Source of the DNA: Zygnema circumcarinatum SAG 698-1b
Lineage: Eukaryota > Plantae > Zygnematophyceae
Length of the DNA: 64,000 nt
Assembly (NCBI GenBank): GCA_037447605.1
Contig: CM074816.1
Coordinates: forward strand, 1,454,525 to 1,518,524
Direction: 5' to 3'
Shown here: in pieces, positions 20,919 through 32,583 of the stretch
How positions within the stretch are numbered: position 1 is the first letter of the stretch
Layout: the number at the start of each line of letters is the position of its first letter
The notes under the pieces: generated by a model
What the model was told of the DNA's origin: nothing
The model's input: only the letters and a program-made list of their open reading frames with translations
Database searches by the model: none
Position numbers and translations under genes: made by a program

Positions 20919-22835
20919 CTACGCCGTGTCATAGTGATGCAGCCTGTAGAGCAGCACCTTCCCCTTGGCATTTCCGGCTGCCAAGTAGCCTCCTCCCGGA
21001 CTGAAATCGACCGCATGCACAAACCCTAACGGAGTTCTCTGCGTTGGCCAGTTAGAGAACACCGTCTTCGAACTGCAGTGCACCAACCGCATGGAATCTT
21101 TCTTCATCTTGGAAGCAAAAAGAAGCATTTGTGAATCATGATTAAACTTTAGAGTATCCACGAGAGTAGTCAAGTTCATGAAGCTTTTTTGGGGCGTTTT
21201 ATTTCCCCCCAAATAAGCTTTTTTGTCATAGAAATTGACGACTCCTGCGGCGGAGGAGGTAGCCATAGAAAGCCCATCGCTAGAAACCACGAGTCGAGTG
21301 ACTCCCGTGCTCCCTTCATCTCTCCCTCTATGGAAACATCTCCTCATTCTCAAGTCCCAATGGTAGATCTCTCCGTCTCCCCCTCCACTCACAAGCTCGT
21401 TCCCATCGGGAGAAAACGAAACCGTTCGCACGGATCCGTTCATTTTTAAGTTCCCTATCCACTGCTTTGTGTTCTGAGAAACCAAAATTATATGTCCGTT
21501 ATTTCCAAGAAACGCAATCATATTACTATTGGGATTCAATTCGAAGCTTTCGAGGGATTTTTCGTCTCGCCCTATCACTCCATTCACTTGCTCAATGTTC
21601 CCCGAAACTAAGTCGTAGATGTAAAACCACTTCCTCCTCCCTGCAGCGATGATTCTCTCTCCGTCCGTCGAAAAAGCCGCCTTGCTGATGGGCATGTTCT
21701 GCAAATATATGCCCTGAACTTTGGGGTTTATTTTTCCGTCTATATGAAATAATCGCAGGGTTTGATCGAAACTGGCGGTGAGCAAAAGCTGTGCGTTTGA
21801 ATGAAACTGAACTGACTGTACAACTCCTTTGCAGTACTCCTCCTCGTTGGCATCAGTCATTCTTGAAGTTCTCACTACCCCCTGGGGTAGTCTCCCATTC
21901 GGGACGTGACCTAAAAGTCGATCGCTTCGCAGCAGCACCCCATTGTACTCTTCTTCTTCGTCCTCAAAACCTTCACCTTCTTCATTATCTTCATCAATAT
22001 CGTCACCATAATTTTCAGCATAGTTTCTTTCTAATTCAGTCCCCGAACTCTTCTTTTTCATTTTCCGAAGAAGCTTCGATTTCAGGAGGCTTTCCGCCCA
22101 CTCCGTCCCTTTATGCATTTTCACATGCTGGGCTCGCAGCCTCTGCACATAATCCGAACCTGATATTTCGGTCTCGCCCACACTTTTCCGAAGCTTTCGG
22201 AGACGGTTCACAATGGCGATGTTCACTACCTCCTCTGCGTCCTCCTCATCCTCCCACGCCGCTTCTCCCTGCTCTCTCTCCGCCCTGCGCTTAACCCTAA
22301 TTTGGTTCCTCCCTCCCTCTCCCTCTCCCTCTCCCTCCATCCCTCCCTCAACCTCCAGCACCCCATCGCCCTCGCCCTCACCCTCACCCTCTCCCACTCC
22401 CTCTCCCTCCCCCTCCCCCCTCTCCCCTCCTTGCCCCTCTACCGCTCCGTCGCCTTCCTCCACCTCCTGACCCTCCCCCTCTTCCTCTCCCTCTCCTTCC
22501 TCCCCCTCTCCCTGCCTCTCCACTGCCTTCCTCGCTCTCTTCCTCCCCGCTCTCTCTCTCGCTCTCTCCCCCTCTCCCTCGTTCACTCCCTCCATGGCTG
22601 CTGCAGCTCCCACCTCCCTCCTCACCATCTCTCCCAAAGAGAAGCTCCCTCCTCTCGCTCTCTCTCCTCTCCCTCCCACTGCGCCTCCTCTCCCTCCCTT
22701 GTCCCCAAAAAGCAGATTCTCCAGCGCCATGGCTTCCTTGCGCTCCTCAGCTATGGTGGCCCTCTCCTCCGCCACCTCCTCCTTCGTCATCCTCCTCTTC
22801 TTCCGCGCCTTCTTCTCTCCCCCTCCGGCCGCCAT
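20919..22835 (-). CDS. UTP18: U3 snoRNA-associated protein 18 (WD40, SSU processome), single exon, 638 aa
   Basis: LENLLFG, AAWEDEED, NRLRKLRK....ISGSDYVQRLRAQH, VVQSVQFHSNAQLLLTASFDQTLRLFHIDGKINPKVQ, GRRKWFYIYDL, KTVFSNWPT..TPLG.V.AVDFSPGGGYLAAGNAKGKVLLYRLHHY. Confidence 0.95.
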   Translation of the reverse strand: MAAGGGEKKARKKRRMTKEEVAEERATIAEERKEAMALENLLFGDKGGRGGAVGGRGERARGGSFSLGEMVRREVGAAAAMEGVNEGEGERARERAGRKRARKAVERQGEGEEGEGEEEGEGQEVEEGDGAVEGQGGERGEGEGEGVGEGEGEGEGDGVLEVEGGMEGEGEGEGGRNQIRVKRRAEREQGEAAWEDEEDAEEVVNIAIVNRLRKLRKSVGETEISGSDYVQRLRAQHVKMHKGTEWAESLLKSKLLRKMKKKSSGTELERNYAENYGDDIDEDNEEGEGFEDEEEEYNGVLLRSDRLLGHVPNGRLPQGVVRTSRMTDANEEEYCKGVVQSVQFHSNAQLLLTASFDQTLRLFHIDGKINPKVQGIYLQNMPISKAAFSTDGERIIAAGRRKWFYIYDLVSGNIEQVNGVIGRDEKSLESFELNPNSNMIAFLGNNGHIILVSQNTKQWIGNLKMNGSVRTVSFSPDGNELVSGGGDGEIYHWDLRMRRCFHRGRDEGSTGVTRLVVSSDGLSMATSSAAGVVNFYDKKAYLGGNKTPQKSFMNLTTLVDTLKFNHDSQMLLFASKMKKDSMRLVHCSSKTVFSNWPTQRTPLGFVHAVDFSPGGGYLAAGNAKGKVLLYRLHHYDTA

Positions 22836-23852
22836 GGCTGCCCCTGAACCCTCCGCCTCCGTCCCTCCTCTAACCCTGAACCCTAAATTTCAAACCTCAA
22901 CCGTGGCCCTGGCTCTAAGCCTCTACCCCCCCCTCCCCCCCTGTTCCGTACGCCGGCTCTGAACCCTTCACAGGTCGGACCATTACTGTAGACCAACATT
23001 CGACTGCTTGCCAACCATTGGCGCCGAACCGGGAGGCGGGCTGGACTGCACTTGACTCGCTTGACCAATGCCACGTAATCAAGACGTCAGGGTCACGTAG
23101 GCGCCACGTCAGATCGACCGAGTTCAACGAGGCTCAAACTTACGAATGGCTAGGATTTTACGACTAAAATTGCACCTTAGTTAGTCAAATATGACCAAAA
23201 AATGGTTAGTCACGACCCAAAAGCGGACCGAACCGTCCGTCCCGTCCGTCCTCACTCCACTTTAACAAAACGGACCTGTGGATCCAAATAGTTAACCTCT
23301 CCGGCTGATCGGACCAGCTCGTCTTAGGTGGATCCACGAGATTACTTCGAAGATCAACTAGTTTCCTCGGTTGAACTAATCAACATTTGTTCTCGATCAA
23401 GATCTTTCAGGGGCAACCTTTACGGATGATCTCTAGGACGATCTGATGTCGGTGGACCCCTCGGATCCACTGGACCGTTTCCAGTTGTTCCATGTCCTCC
23501 ACGTCGTAGGGTTAAAAAAGAACAGCGATCCCTTTGGGATTTAGGGTTTAGGGTTTTTAAGGGTTTTAGGATTTTTAAGGTTCTAAGGGTTTTCAGAATT
23601 TTTCCAGGTCTGTTAAGTCCGCATTTCCAGCACGGTTAAAATTGAAACAAAAGAAAAGTGGGTTTTTTCTTTTGGGTACTTTCTTCAACATTTCAATTCC
23701 TTCTGCTATTTCTGACGAATTTTTACCTGTTCGAGTAAAGAATAATCCAACAAGCTTAACCCTAAAACTGCTGAACCCTAATTCTCTCCAAACAGGCCCT
23801 AACTTCTGCCATCTTCCATGCATTAGCAGATTTTTGGGACTGAATTTCTTAC

Positions 23853-26473
23853 ATGGATCGCCCCAAGCGGCATAGAACTGTTACGAATTACGCGAAACTG
23901 GCGGAGGGGAACTACCGACTCGATGATGTCGGCGATGTAGAAGATGATGTCAACGATGGCGGTGATGTCGAGGATGTCGCAGATGATGCAGGGCGCGGCT
24001 CGGGGGGTTTCCATGCTACGGAGAGCGTTAAGGACTCGCTCAGAACTAAGCACACACGGAAACGGAGCAAACTGGAACATGGAACTTCGCCGGAGATGAA
24101 AGTCCGCTTGGGAAAACTGCGCGAAACTAAAACTAAAACTGAAACTGAAACTAAAGGGCATGGAAAGCCAAAGAAACGGCCGAGGAGTAAAAAAAAGGAA
24201 GTAGAAGTGGAGGATGAGGAGGATGAAAAAGACGAAACAGACGAAGAAGAGAAGAAACAAGAAGAAGAAAAGAAGGTACTTCTTCAGTGAAGCCCTGAAC
24301 CCTAACCCTACTCCCTGAACCCTACCCCCCTGAACCCTAATCCCCTGAACCTTACCCCCCTGAACCCTAATCCCCTGAACCCTACCCCCTCCCCCCCCCT
24401 GGAACCCTACCCCCTGAACCCTAACCCCTGAACCCTACCCCCTTAATCCTAACCCCTGAACCCTAACCCCTGAACCCAAAGTCCTGAGCCCTAGCCCCTG
24501 AATCCTAACCCCTGACCCCTGATCCCTAACTTCTGAACCCTAACTCCTGAATCCTAACTCCTGAACCCTAACTCCTGAACCCTAACCCCTGAACCCTATC
24601 CCCTGAACCCTACCCCCCTGAACTGAACGAACTGTTTCGAATCAATCTGAATTACACTAGATTTCGTTCTAAACTAAGTTAAACGAATTCGATAAATTTG
24701 ACCAAATAGAGATATTTCTTTTCTCTTTTCCACTTTGTGTGTTCAGTCACGGCGGAATAAAGCCAAAAAAAAAGACGACGATTTTTTGAACGGAGATGAT
24801 TTGAGCGACGACGAAGTCAATGATGATGATGATGATGATGATAATGATGATGATGACGTGTCGGAAGATGATGTCGAGGCGGCCGTTGACATCAGCGACG
24901 GCGAGGACGACATCACCGAAGATGATGTCGAGTTTGCGCCGGGGAGTCGGAAAAAGAGGTCCGCTCAAAGGGGCAGCGGAAATGCTGCGACTTCAAACCC
25001 TGTAAGCGATTCGTTCCCTCTCGCGCTCTCTCCCACTCCTCTCCCTCTCTATCCCTCTCTCTCCCCCTCTGGCCCTCTCTCCCTCTATTGTTCCCTCTCG
25101 CGCTCTCTCCCACTTCTCTCCCTTTCTATCCCTCTCTCTTCCCCTCTGGCCCTCTCTCCCTCTATTGTTCCCTCTCGCGCTCTCTCCCACTCCTCTCCCT
25201 CTCTATCCCTCTCTCTCCCCCTCTGGCCCTCTCTCCCTCTATTGTTCCCTCTCGCGCTCTCTCCCATCCCTCCTCTCCCTCTCTATCCCTCTCTCTCCCC
25301 CTCTGGCCCTCTCTCCCTCTATTGTTCCCTCTCGCGCTCTCTCCCACTCCTCTCCCTCTCTATCCCTCTCTCTCCCCCTCTGGCCCTCTCTCCCTCTATT
25401 GTTCCCTCTCGCTCTCTCTCCCACTCCTCTCCCTCTCTATCCCTCTCTCTCCCCCTCTGGCCCTCTCTCCCTCTATTGTTCCCTCTCGCGCTCTCTCCCA
25501 CTTCTCTCCCTTTCTATCCCTCTCTCTCCCCCTCTGGCCCTCTCTCCCTCTGTTGTTCTCTCGCCTCTCCCTCCCCCCCTCTCCCTCTCTATCCCTCTCT
25601 CTCCCCCTCTGGCCCTCTCTCCCTCTATTGTTCCCTCTCGCGCTCTCTCCCACTTCTCTCCCTTTCTATCCCTCTCTCTCCCCCTCTGGCCCTCTCTCCC
25701 TCTATTGTTCCCTCTCGCTCTCTCTCCCACTCCTCTCCCTCTCTATCCCTCTCTCTCCCCCTCTGGCCCTCTCTCCCTCTATTGTTCCCTCTCGCCCTCT
25801 CTCCTACTCCTCTCCCTCTCTATCCCTCTCTCTCCCCCTCTGGCCCTCTCTCCCTCTATTGTTCGCTCTCGCGCTCTCTCCCACTTCTCTCCCACTCTAT
25901 CCCTCTCTCTCCCCCTCTGGCCCTCTCTCCCTCTATTGTTCCCTCTCGCGCTCTCTCCTACTTCTCTCCCACTCTATCCCTCTCTCTCCCCTTCTGGCCC
26001 TCTCTCCCTCTATTCACTCCCTTCCTCTCGCATCTCCTCCCCTCTTCCCGTCAGTCCCCTTCTCCCCTGTCCTATCTCCCAGCTTTTCCCTCCCTTGCAT
26101 CCCCTCTCCCACGCCTCTCTCCCACTCCCACATACTTTCTCTCCTGCAGTCTCTCCTTTCTTCCTTTCCACGCCTCTCTCTCTGGCTCTCTCTCTCTCTC
26201 TCTCTATCCCTTCCTCCTCTCTCCTCTACCCTTTCCCAATCTCCCCCTTCTTTTGTTTTATTCAATTCCATTTTTTTTTTTTTCCTGAAGCAGGTCAAAT
26301 CCATACACCAATCGTCTCGTTTACAAGAAGCGAAAAAAATTCCAAAAAGGGCTGTTCCAAAGGCTCCTTCAAATGTTCGTCAACGACTTTTGAAGAAAAT
26401 AGGATTAGATCATCGAATTCCGCTGCCTGTTCCAGTGAAGGGGGCGCAGCCTGTGAAGAAAAAGGAGACCTAA
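23853..26473 (+). CDS. Basic/acidic low-complexity nuclear-type protein, ~285 aa, 3 exons (23853-24275, 24747-25001, 26294-26473), with NUCKS1/RAD51AP1-like N-terminal motif
   Basis: Phase-0 GT-AG junctions. Begins MDRPKRHRTVTNYAKLAE, has Lys-rich NLS-like clusters and a poly-Asp tract, and ends ...PSNVRQRLLKKIGLDHRIPLPVPVKGAQPVKKKET*. The gene model is well supported; the family is uncertain. Confidence 0.7.
24293..24623 (+). repeat. Degenerate telomere-like array (CCCTGAA / CCCTAA variants) at the start of an intron
   Basis: Repeated CCCTGAACCCTAA(C/T)C units. Confidence 0.8.
25010..26010 (+). repeat. 77-bp CT-rich minisatellite, ~13 copies, in an intron
   Basis: Unit TGTTCCCTCTCGCGCTCTCTCCCACTCCTCTCCCTCTCTATCCCTCTCTCTCCCCCTCTGGCCCTCTCTCCCTCTAT recurs at 25089, 25166, 25243, 25323, 25400 and onward. 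Confidence 0.9.
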
Positions 26474-27347
26474 AATCCGCTCACTTTTTGTATATACTCC
26501 TCTCGTTTAGGGTTTAGAGTTTAGGGTTTAGGGTTTAGGATTTTAGTTAGGATTAGGGTTTTGGCTAAAAAAATAGGGCTAGAGGTGCTTGGGTTTGTAA
26601 AAGGTTGATTATGCCTACTTGAAGCTCTGAAGCTTTTTAGGGCTTGCAACGTTTTTACGGTTGCATGAGAAAAGTGACCTTTTGGGTCACTTTGGAGGTG
26701 ATGTTGTCGATGGAAGCATGTGATGTAATGTTGCACCGAGTGGTGATGGTGGCGCATAGAGCGCCATTTTGTGGGGAAGGTCCTCAACTCTTGCAGAGAG
26801 AGAGAGAGATGCAGACATGTTCTTTGGGTGAGATTTCAGTAATCCTCTGTTTTCATCAAGAAGAGGGGGAGAGGTGGAGAAGACGGAGGGGAGGGAGGGG
26901 AGGGAGGTGGCGGGGGAAGGGGAAGAAATTGGGATATAAATGGAGTGGAGGAGAGAGGGAAGAGGGGGAGGCAGATTGAAAAGAGAGCAAGAGGTGGAGT
27001 GGGAGACAGAGGGAGCGGGAGAGAGAGGAGAGAGAGAGGGGGAGTGAGGGCGAGAGAGATACTGGTTCAACCATTGCGTTACACAAATACACCGATAGAC
27101 ACATCACATGATGCAATTTTTTGACCGAAATGTACAAAAAATATGTACAGACTTATACGCAACGCTCAACTGAATGTACATGCGGCCCTCCGTTTAAAAT
27201 GAGGCTACTTTTCAGCGGCTATTGACGGTCCCAAACAGAAACAAAAAAAAACAGGAAAACATGCTTTTGTCCTTGTCGACTTCCATGCGTCGTAGTTTGT
27301 TCAAAAATTTCCGTCCCACAGATTTTGTTTAACGGATTTCACAAAGA

Positions 27348-27792
27348 TCAGGGCTTGGCCGTCACTTCGGCGGAGTCCTTTTGGTCCTTTTTGGAGTTTT
27401 TCACGACGAGGAGGGGACAGGCCTGCAAATAAATTTACCAAACATCAAATTTGTTAAATGAGGGAAAGGAAGAGTGTTCATCTCTTATGGTGTTATTGAG
27501 ATTCGATGAGGTCTTTGGGAGAGATAGAGTGAGGAGGGAGAGGGGGAGAGGGAAAGGCAAAGGTGGGGGAGAGAGTGATTGAGAGAGAGAGAGGGGGAGA
27601 GAGAGAGGGAGCGAGAGGGGGAGAGACAGGTGGGCGGGTGAGGGAGGGGAGGATGGGGTAGGGGAAGTGAACAAGAGAAACAGAGGGAGGGGAGAGTGAG
27701 AGGGTGAGAGAGCAAGCGAACTGGAGAGAAGAGAGAGAGAGAGGGAGAAAGAGAAGGGGGAGTGAAAAGGTGAGAGAGCAAGCGAATTGGAG

Positions 27793-27828
<36 letters not shown>

Positions 27829-30800
27829 GAGGGGGGGAGTGAGAAGGTGAGAGAGCAAGCGAACTGGAGAGAAGAGAGAGAGAGCGAGAGAGAGAGGGAG
27901 AGAGAGAGAGAGGTCTCAAACTGACCACATGATGGCTGCAGTAGTTGCTGACGCTTCCAAGAAAGAGTCTGTCTCCCCCCAATAGAGCTTTCAGGGATTT
28001 TAGGATTCACACATTTCTTTTAATTTTTCCATTCCTTAATCTTCCCTATACAAAAAAAGTTGATGAAACAATTGCTCTCTAGTGTGGATAGAGCCCTGTT
28101 CTGAAAACCCTAAAATTCAAATTTGACTTTATCAAATTACTCTCCTGTCGTTGAATGCCATTTCCTTCAAAATGAAATGTAAAAATTTGCAGTTTTTTTG
28201 GGTTTTCTTAAAAAAGTGACTTTACCGAGAGAAGGCGCCGTGCCCGGAATTTCCCATTATGAGGATGTCTGCCACGTGGCGGTCTGCCGCCCACACGATC
28301 GTCTCTCTCGCATCTCCCCTCACCACATCCTGAAACTCAAAAAAATCCAAAATTTCAACTTTCTGAAAAAAAGCGTACCGAATTTCAAAAAAAAAAAAAA
28401 AAAAAAAAAATCAATTTTGACCTATGTTGATCTTTTACTTCTCTTGTATATTAAAGTTTTCATTAAATTTTTTAGTTTAAAATCGAACCCAAGTACTCGA
28501 ATTCTGGAGTTCAATTTCTCAAACCTTTTTGGAAACAGAATTATTTTCAATTTCTAGGAAAGAAAACAAGGAAAACAAGGAAAAGGGCTGGAAAAGTAAT
28601 TTTTTTCCCGCACCGTGGTACATTCAAAATTTGCAGAAATTGCCTCTTTGGCGAACCCTTCAAGCAGAGCGCGATTCTCCTCAAGGGCACGGGCGTCGAT
28701 TTTTTCCTCCAATCCTGCTTTAAATTTCAGAAAAAAAAAAAAAAAAAAAAAGAGAAAATAAAGACATGTGTGACAGAAAGAGAGGAGCGCGTGATGATGC
28801 CTTTTCTAACTGTAATTTTTTTTTTTTTTTTTGAATTATTTTACGGTTTTTTTTTTTTTTGGGGTTTTTTAGGGTTGGAATTACCCGAAGGAACAAATTC
28901 CGCATATGTCCCCCACGTGGGGATGGACTGCACTTTCAAAAGGACGAGCCGGTCGACCTCCGGACGGAGAAAATTTTTAATAGACCACCTAAAAATGAAA
29001 AAAAAAAGGGAAGGAAAAAAAAAAAAAGATTAAAAAGGGCTGAAAACTTAAAAACCCCTACGCAAAAAAATTTGCAATTCTCTTTTTAATTAAGGTGAAC
29101 TTTTTCGTTTTAGTGAAAAAAAAATAAAAATAAAAAAAAATGGAGAAGCCAAAACCTGAACGCTTCGGCGGACACGTCCGATCCGTCCACAGCGATCAGC
29201 GCGACCCTCTTCCCGGTTCTATGCTCCGTTTCAGTTCCAGTTTCAGTTACAGTTCCAGTTTCAGTTTTAGTATTTGACGGTTTTCCGTCGCTGTCCTCGC
29301 GCCTCCGTACGATGAGGACGGGACAATTGGCGTGGTTCAACGCGTGGTTGCTCACGCTGCCCATGAACGTCCTGCATGAACCTCGCCAGGAAATGCGACC
29401 AGGTACAGAGTCAGGATCCGCAGAGTTTTTAAGTTAATCTTCTGACTCGGGATCTACCTAGGGACGTGGGATCAACCAAATTTGGGGGATCTGCCGACGA
29501 GGTTGCTTCCGTTCGGAAACGACAGAATCTTTAAATCGGAAAGGATCCACTAGATTCTGTGGAAATCTGAACGAATCTCATAAATCGAATCAAAGATTCG
29601 TTTGAGATCGTCAAGAAGTTTGGGACCAGAAATGCAAACGAAGCCCAAAAACAAAATGAGGAAAAAAGAAATTTCACCCAAGGAACTATTTACATTTACT
29701 GGTATTTTCAGTAGTTGACCTCTCGGATCCACCACTCACTATAGGGATACGAAGAAAAACGGAATCAAAGGGAGTTAACCCGCCCGCCCACCGCTTGAGG
29801 AGGCCGAGTCCACGCGAGCCCAGCACGAGCAGGTCCACTTTCCGCCGATCCACCTCCTCGACGATGCACCGCCGCGCGTCGCCCTCCATGCTCACTCCGC
29901 GATGGCGCGCGACCTGCGCATGGAAACCGTTAAACTGAAAAATGTGAACTACACGGAACTGCGACATGTGAACGGGACTGGAACTGCGACATGTGAACGG
30001 GACTGGAACTGCGACATGGAAACTGTTAAACTGAAAAATGTGAACGACATGGAACAGCGACATGTGAACGGGACTGGAACTGCGACACGTGAACGGGACT
30101 GGAACTGCGACATGTGAACGGGACTGGAACTGCGACATGGAAACTGTTAAACTGAAAAATGTGAACGACATGGAACAGTGACATGTGAAACAAATTGAAA
30201 CCGTCGAATCAACTGAAACTGAAACTGGCACTGAAACTAGAGCATGAGAACACACATAGAACTAGCTCTATCACAACTTTTTGGCACCTCCGAACTCTCC
30301 TTTTTTCATTCACATCATATCATGTTGATGATACCCGTGACACCTGTCACGCTCGTGACAGGTGTCACGACTGTGGCAGGCTAAACCCCCGGAATTCTGA
30401 ATACCCCAATTTATTGGATTCCCTAAAACCCTCAAACCACTAAACCCCCCAAACCCACAGCCCCAAAAAAAACCCAAAAGCCCAAAAAAACCAGGAACCA
30501 AAAACTCGGCCAAAAACTGCAAACCAGAGCAAAGCAGGGTGGTCCCAGCCGGGGCTGTGTGCGGAGCAGCAGAAAATTGGAAGGAGTACAGCGCGGAGGA
30601 CTTACAGAGGCGGCCTCTGCGAGGGCGATGTACCGTTTCAGGAGGTCGCAGCTCTCCTTCTCCGCCAGCTTGCGCAGATTCTCGAACACGTCCGGCGGCA
30701 TCACGAAATCTGACTCTTTTTCGGTCGAAATTTCGGGAAGAAAATAAAAGGGAAAAGAACAAAAAATAAAAAAATAGAAGAATAAGAAGAATAAAAAGAA

Positions 30801-31085
30801 GAAAAACCATAAAATAAGACGAAGAAGAAGAAGAAGAAAAATAAAAAAAAGAAAGAAAAAATGAGAAACTTTGTCGCATTTTATTTTTTGATCATCCCTT
30901 TCGGCCCGAATTCTTCAGAATTTTATTTAAATATCAACCCTTTCAGCTTCAATTTATTTCTTGACCGCTTGTAAATGATCATTTTCCTCAATCAGACAGT
31001 AGATTCACCATTTTTTGATTTCTGAACCCTCCATTGAACACGAAAAAATGAAGGGTAAACCTCACTCTTCCCCCCTCTCCTCTTT

Positions 31086-31120
<35 letters not shown>

Positions 31121-32092
31121 CGCCTCTCTCTATCCCAATTTTCCCATCCCCTCCCTCACTCCCTACCCGCTGCCTCTCTCAATATCTCCCCCTCCTCTCT
31201 CGTCTTCTCTCTCCCTTCCCTCTCCCTCTCCCTCTCTTCCCCTCCTTTCACCGCTCACCGCCTCTCGCCGGGTGGGCCTGTCTGGCTTGCCTTGGGATTG
31301 AGGTCGTAGACGTTGGCCAGGCGCATGCCAATGAGGCCGCGGAGGTGGCCCTACCACCCCACTCTCTCACTCTCGCTCCCCCTCCTTCCCCCCCTTCTTT
31401 CTCCTCGTCCCTCACTCCTCCCCTCTCCCTCCCCCTCCACATTACTCTCCCCCTCTCTCTCTCTTTCCCCCCTCTCTCCCCCCTTCCCCTCCCCCTTCCC
31501 CTCTCTCCCTCTCTTTCCCCCCTCTCTCCCCCCTTCCCCTCCCCCCTCCCCTCTCTCCCTCTCTTTCGCCCCCCGTCTCCAACCCCTCTCTCTCCCCCCC
31601 TCGTCCCCCCCCCTCCCCTCTCTCTCACCCCGTCCCTCTCCTCCCCGCTCTCTCTCCCTCTCCCCCCCCTCTCTCTTCCCCCCTCCCACTCCCCCCTCCC
31701 CTCTCTCCCCCCCTCTTTCCCCCCCCTCCACTGTCACTCAACCCGTCTCACCCCCCCTCCCCACTCTCTCCCCCTCTCCCCCCCTCTCTCTTTCCCCCTC
31801 TCCCTCCTCCCCTCTCGCTCCNNNNNNNNNNCCCCCCCCCCCCCCCCACCCCTCTCTCTCCTCTCCCTCTCCCCCTCTCCCCACCAGGCACCCCCTCAAA
31901 CCCCAATCCCCGCACTCAGAAGCAGTACCCACCAGAGCCCGCGCCCGGGTACATGATCTGCACGGGCGGGTACGTGTTCAGGAAAACCACTTCGTCCTTG
32001 TCCGCCTCCACCACATTTTTCAATGCAAATTTCGCCGCATGGAAACTGTCCGCCGACCCGTCCACCGCCACCAGCACGCGCCGCCCCGCCAT
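27348..32092 (-). CDS. Tandem two-domain universal stress protein (UspA-like), 9 exons: 32092-31933, 30709-30606, 29913-29792, 29371-29156, 28988-28885, 28714-28614, 28329-28226, 27968-27926, 27422-27348
   Basis: All junction phases match. Domain 1: RRVLVAVDGSADS...GDARRCIVEEV...DLLVLGSRGLGLLKRTFMGSVSNHALNHANCPVLIVR. Domain 2: VALIAVDGSDVS...GDARETIV...DILIMGNSGHGAFSRLFLGSVSNYCSHHVACPLLVVK. Confidence 0.92.
29930..30200 (+). repeat. Higher-order tandem repeat (~25-bp and ~46-bp units) in USP intron 2
   Basis: Alternating GACATGTGAACGGGACTGGAACTGC and GACATGGAAACTGTTAAACTGAAAAATGTGAAC units. Confidence 0.8.
31291..31350 (-). pseudogene. Orphan fragment resembling the N-terminal (NFACT-N) exon of NEMF/Rqc2, inside USP intron 1
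   Basis: Translates GHLRGLIGMRLANVYDLNPK followed by a GC-type donor (AAG/GCAAGC). Matches the remembered NEMF N-terminus (plant LxRLIGMRCSNVYDISPK). No other NEMF exon was seen in the window. Confidence 0.6.
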
Positions 32093-32583
32093 GAAAACCT
32101 CCTATTTAAAAGTTTGCTCTTAAAATTTATATCTGCTTTCTTGTTTATTTACTCGAAATTCTGCTTCTTGAAAGTTCTGACGAGGGAGAGGCGGCGTTTT
32201 ATAAGGGGGGAGGGGGGGGAAGGGGGGCGACAGCAGGGAGCATGGAAACGGGCTTAGTTAAACGAATAGCTGGACGGGTTCCCGTTTTGATTAACGGGAT
32301 CTATGGGAGTTCCAGTTGTGGTCAACGGATTCGTACGAATCGCGCACGTGATTAGGACACGTCAGCTTGATCCACATTTATTGCAGATTCTAGACCGTAC
32401 GAAATCTGGTCACGTCCACGTCGGATTCATGGCGTTTTCCTCGCTGGCCTTGGGGAGGTTCGAGGAAACCAGCAATAGACGACAAGCATGCAACGTGGAG
32501 ATTCTGGCTCATGACGTGGACCGAATCGCCTTTCGCTGACGCCGACGGGCGGAAAGCGATTTGTCGGTTTACGAATGTCGGTG

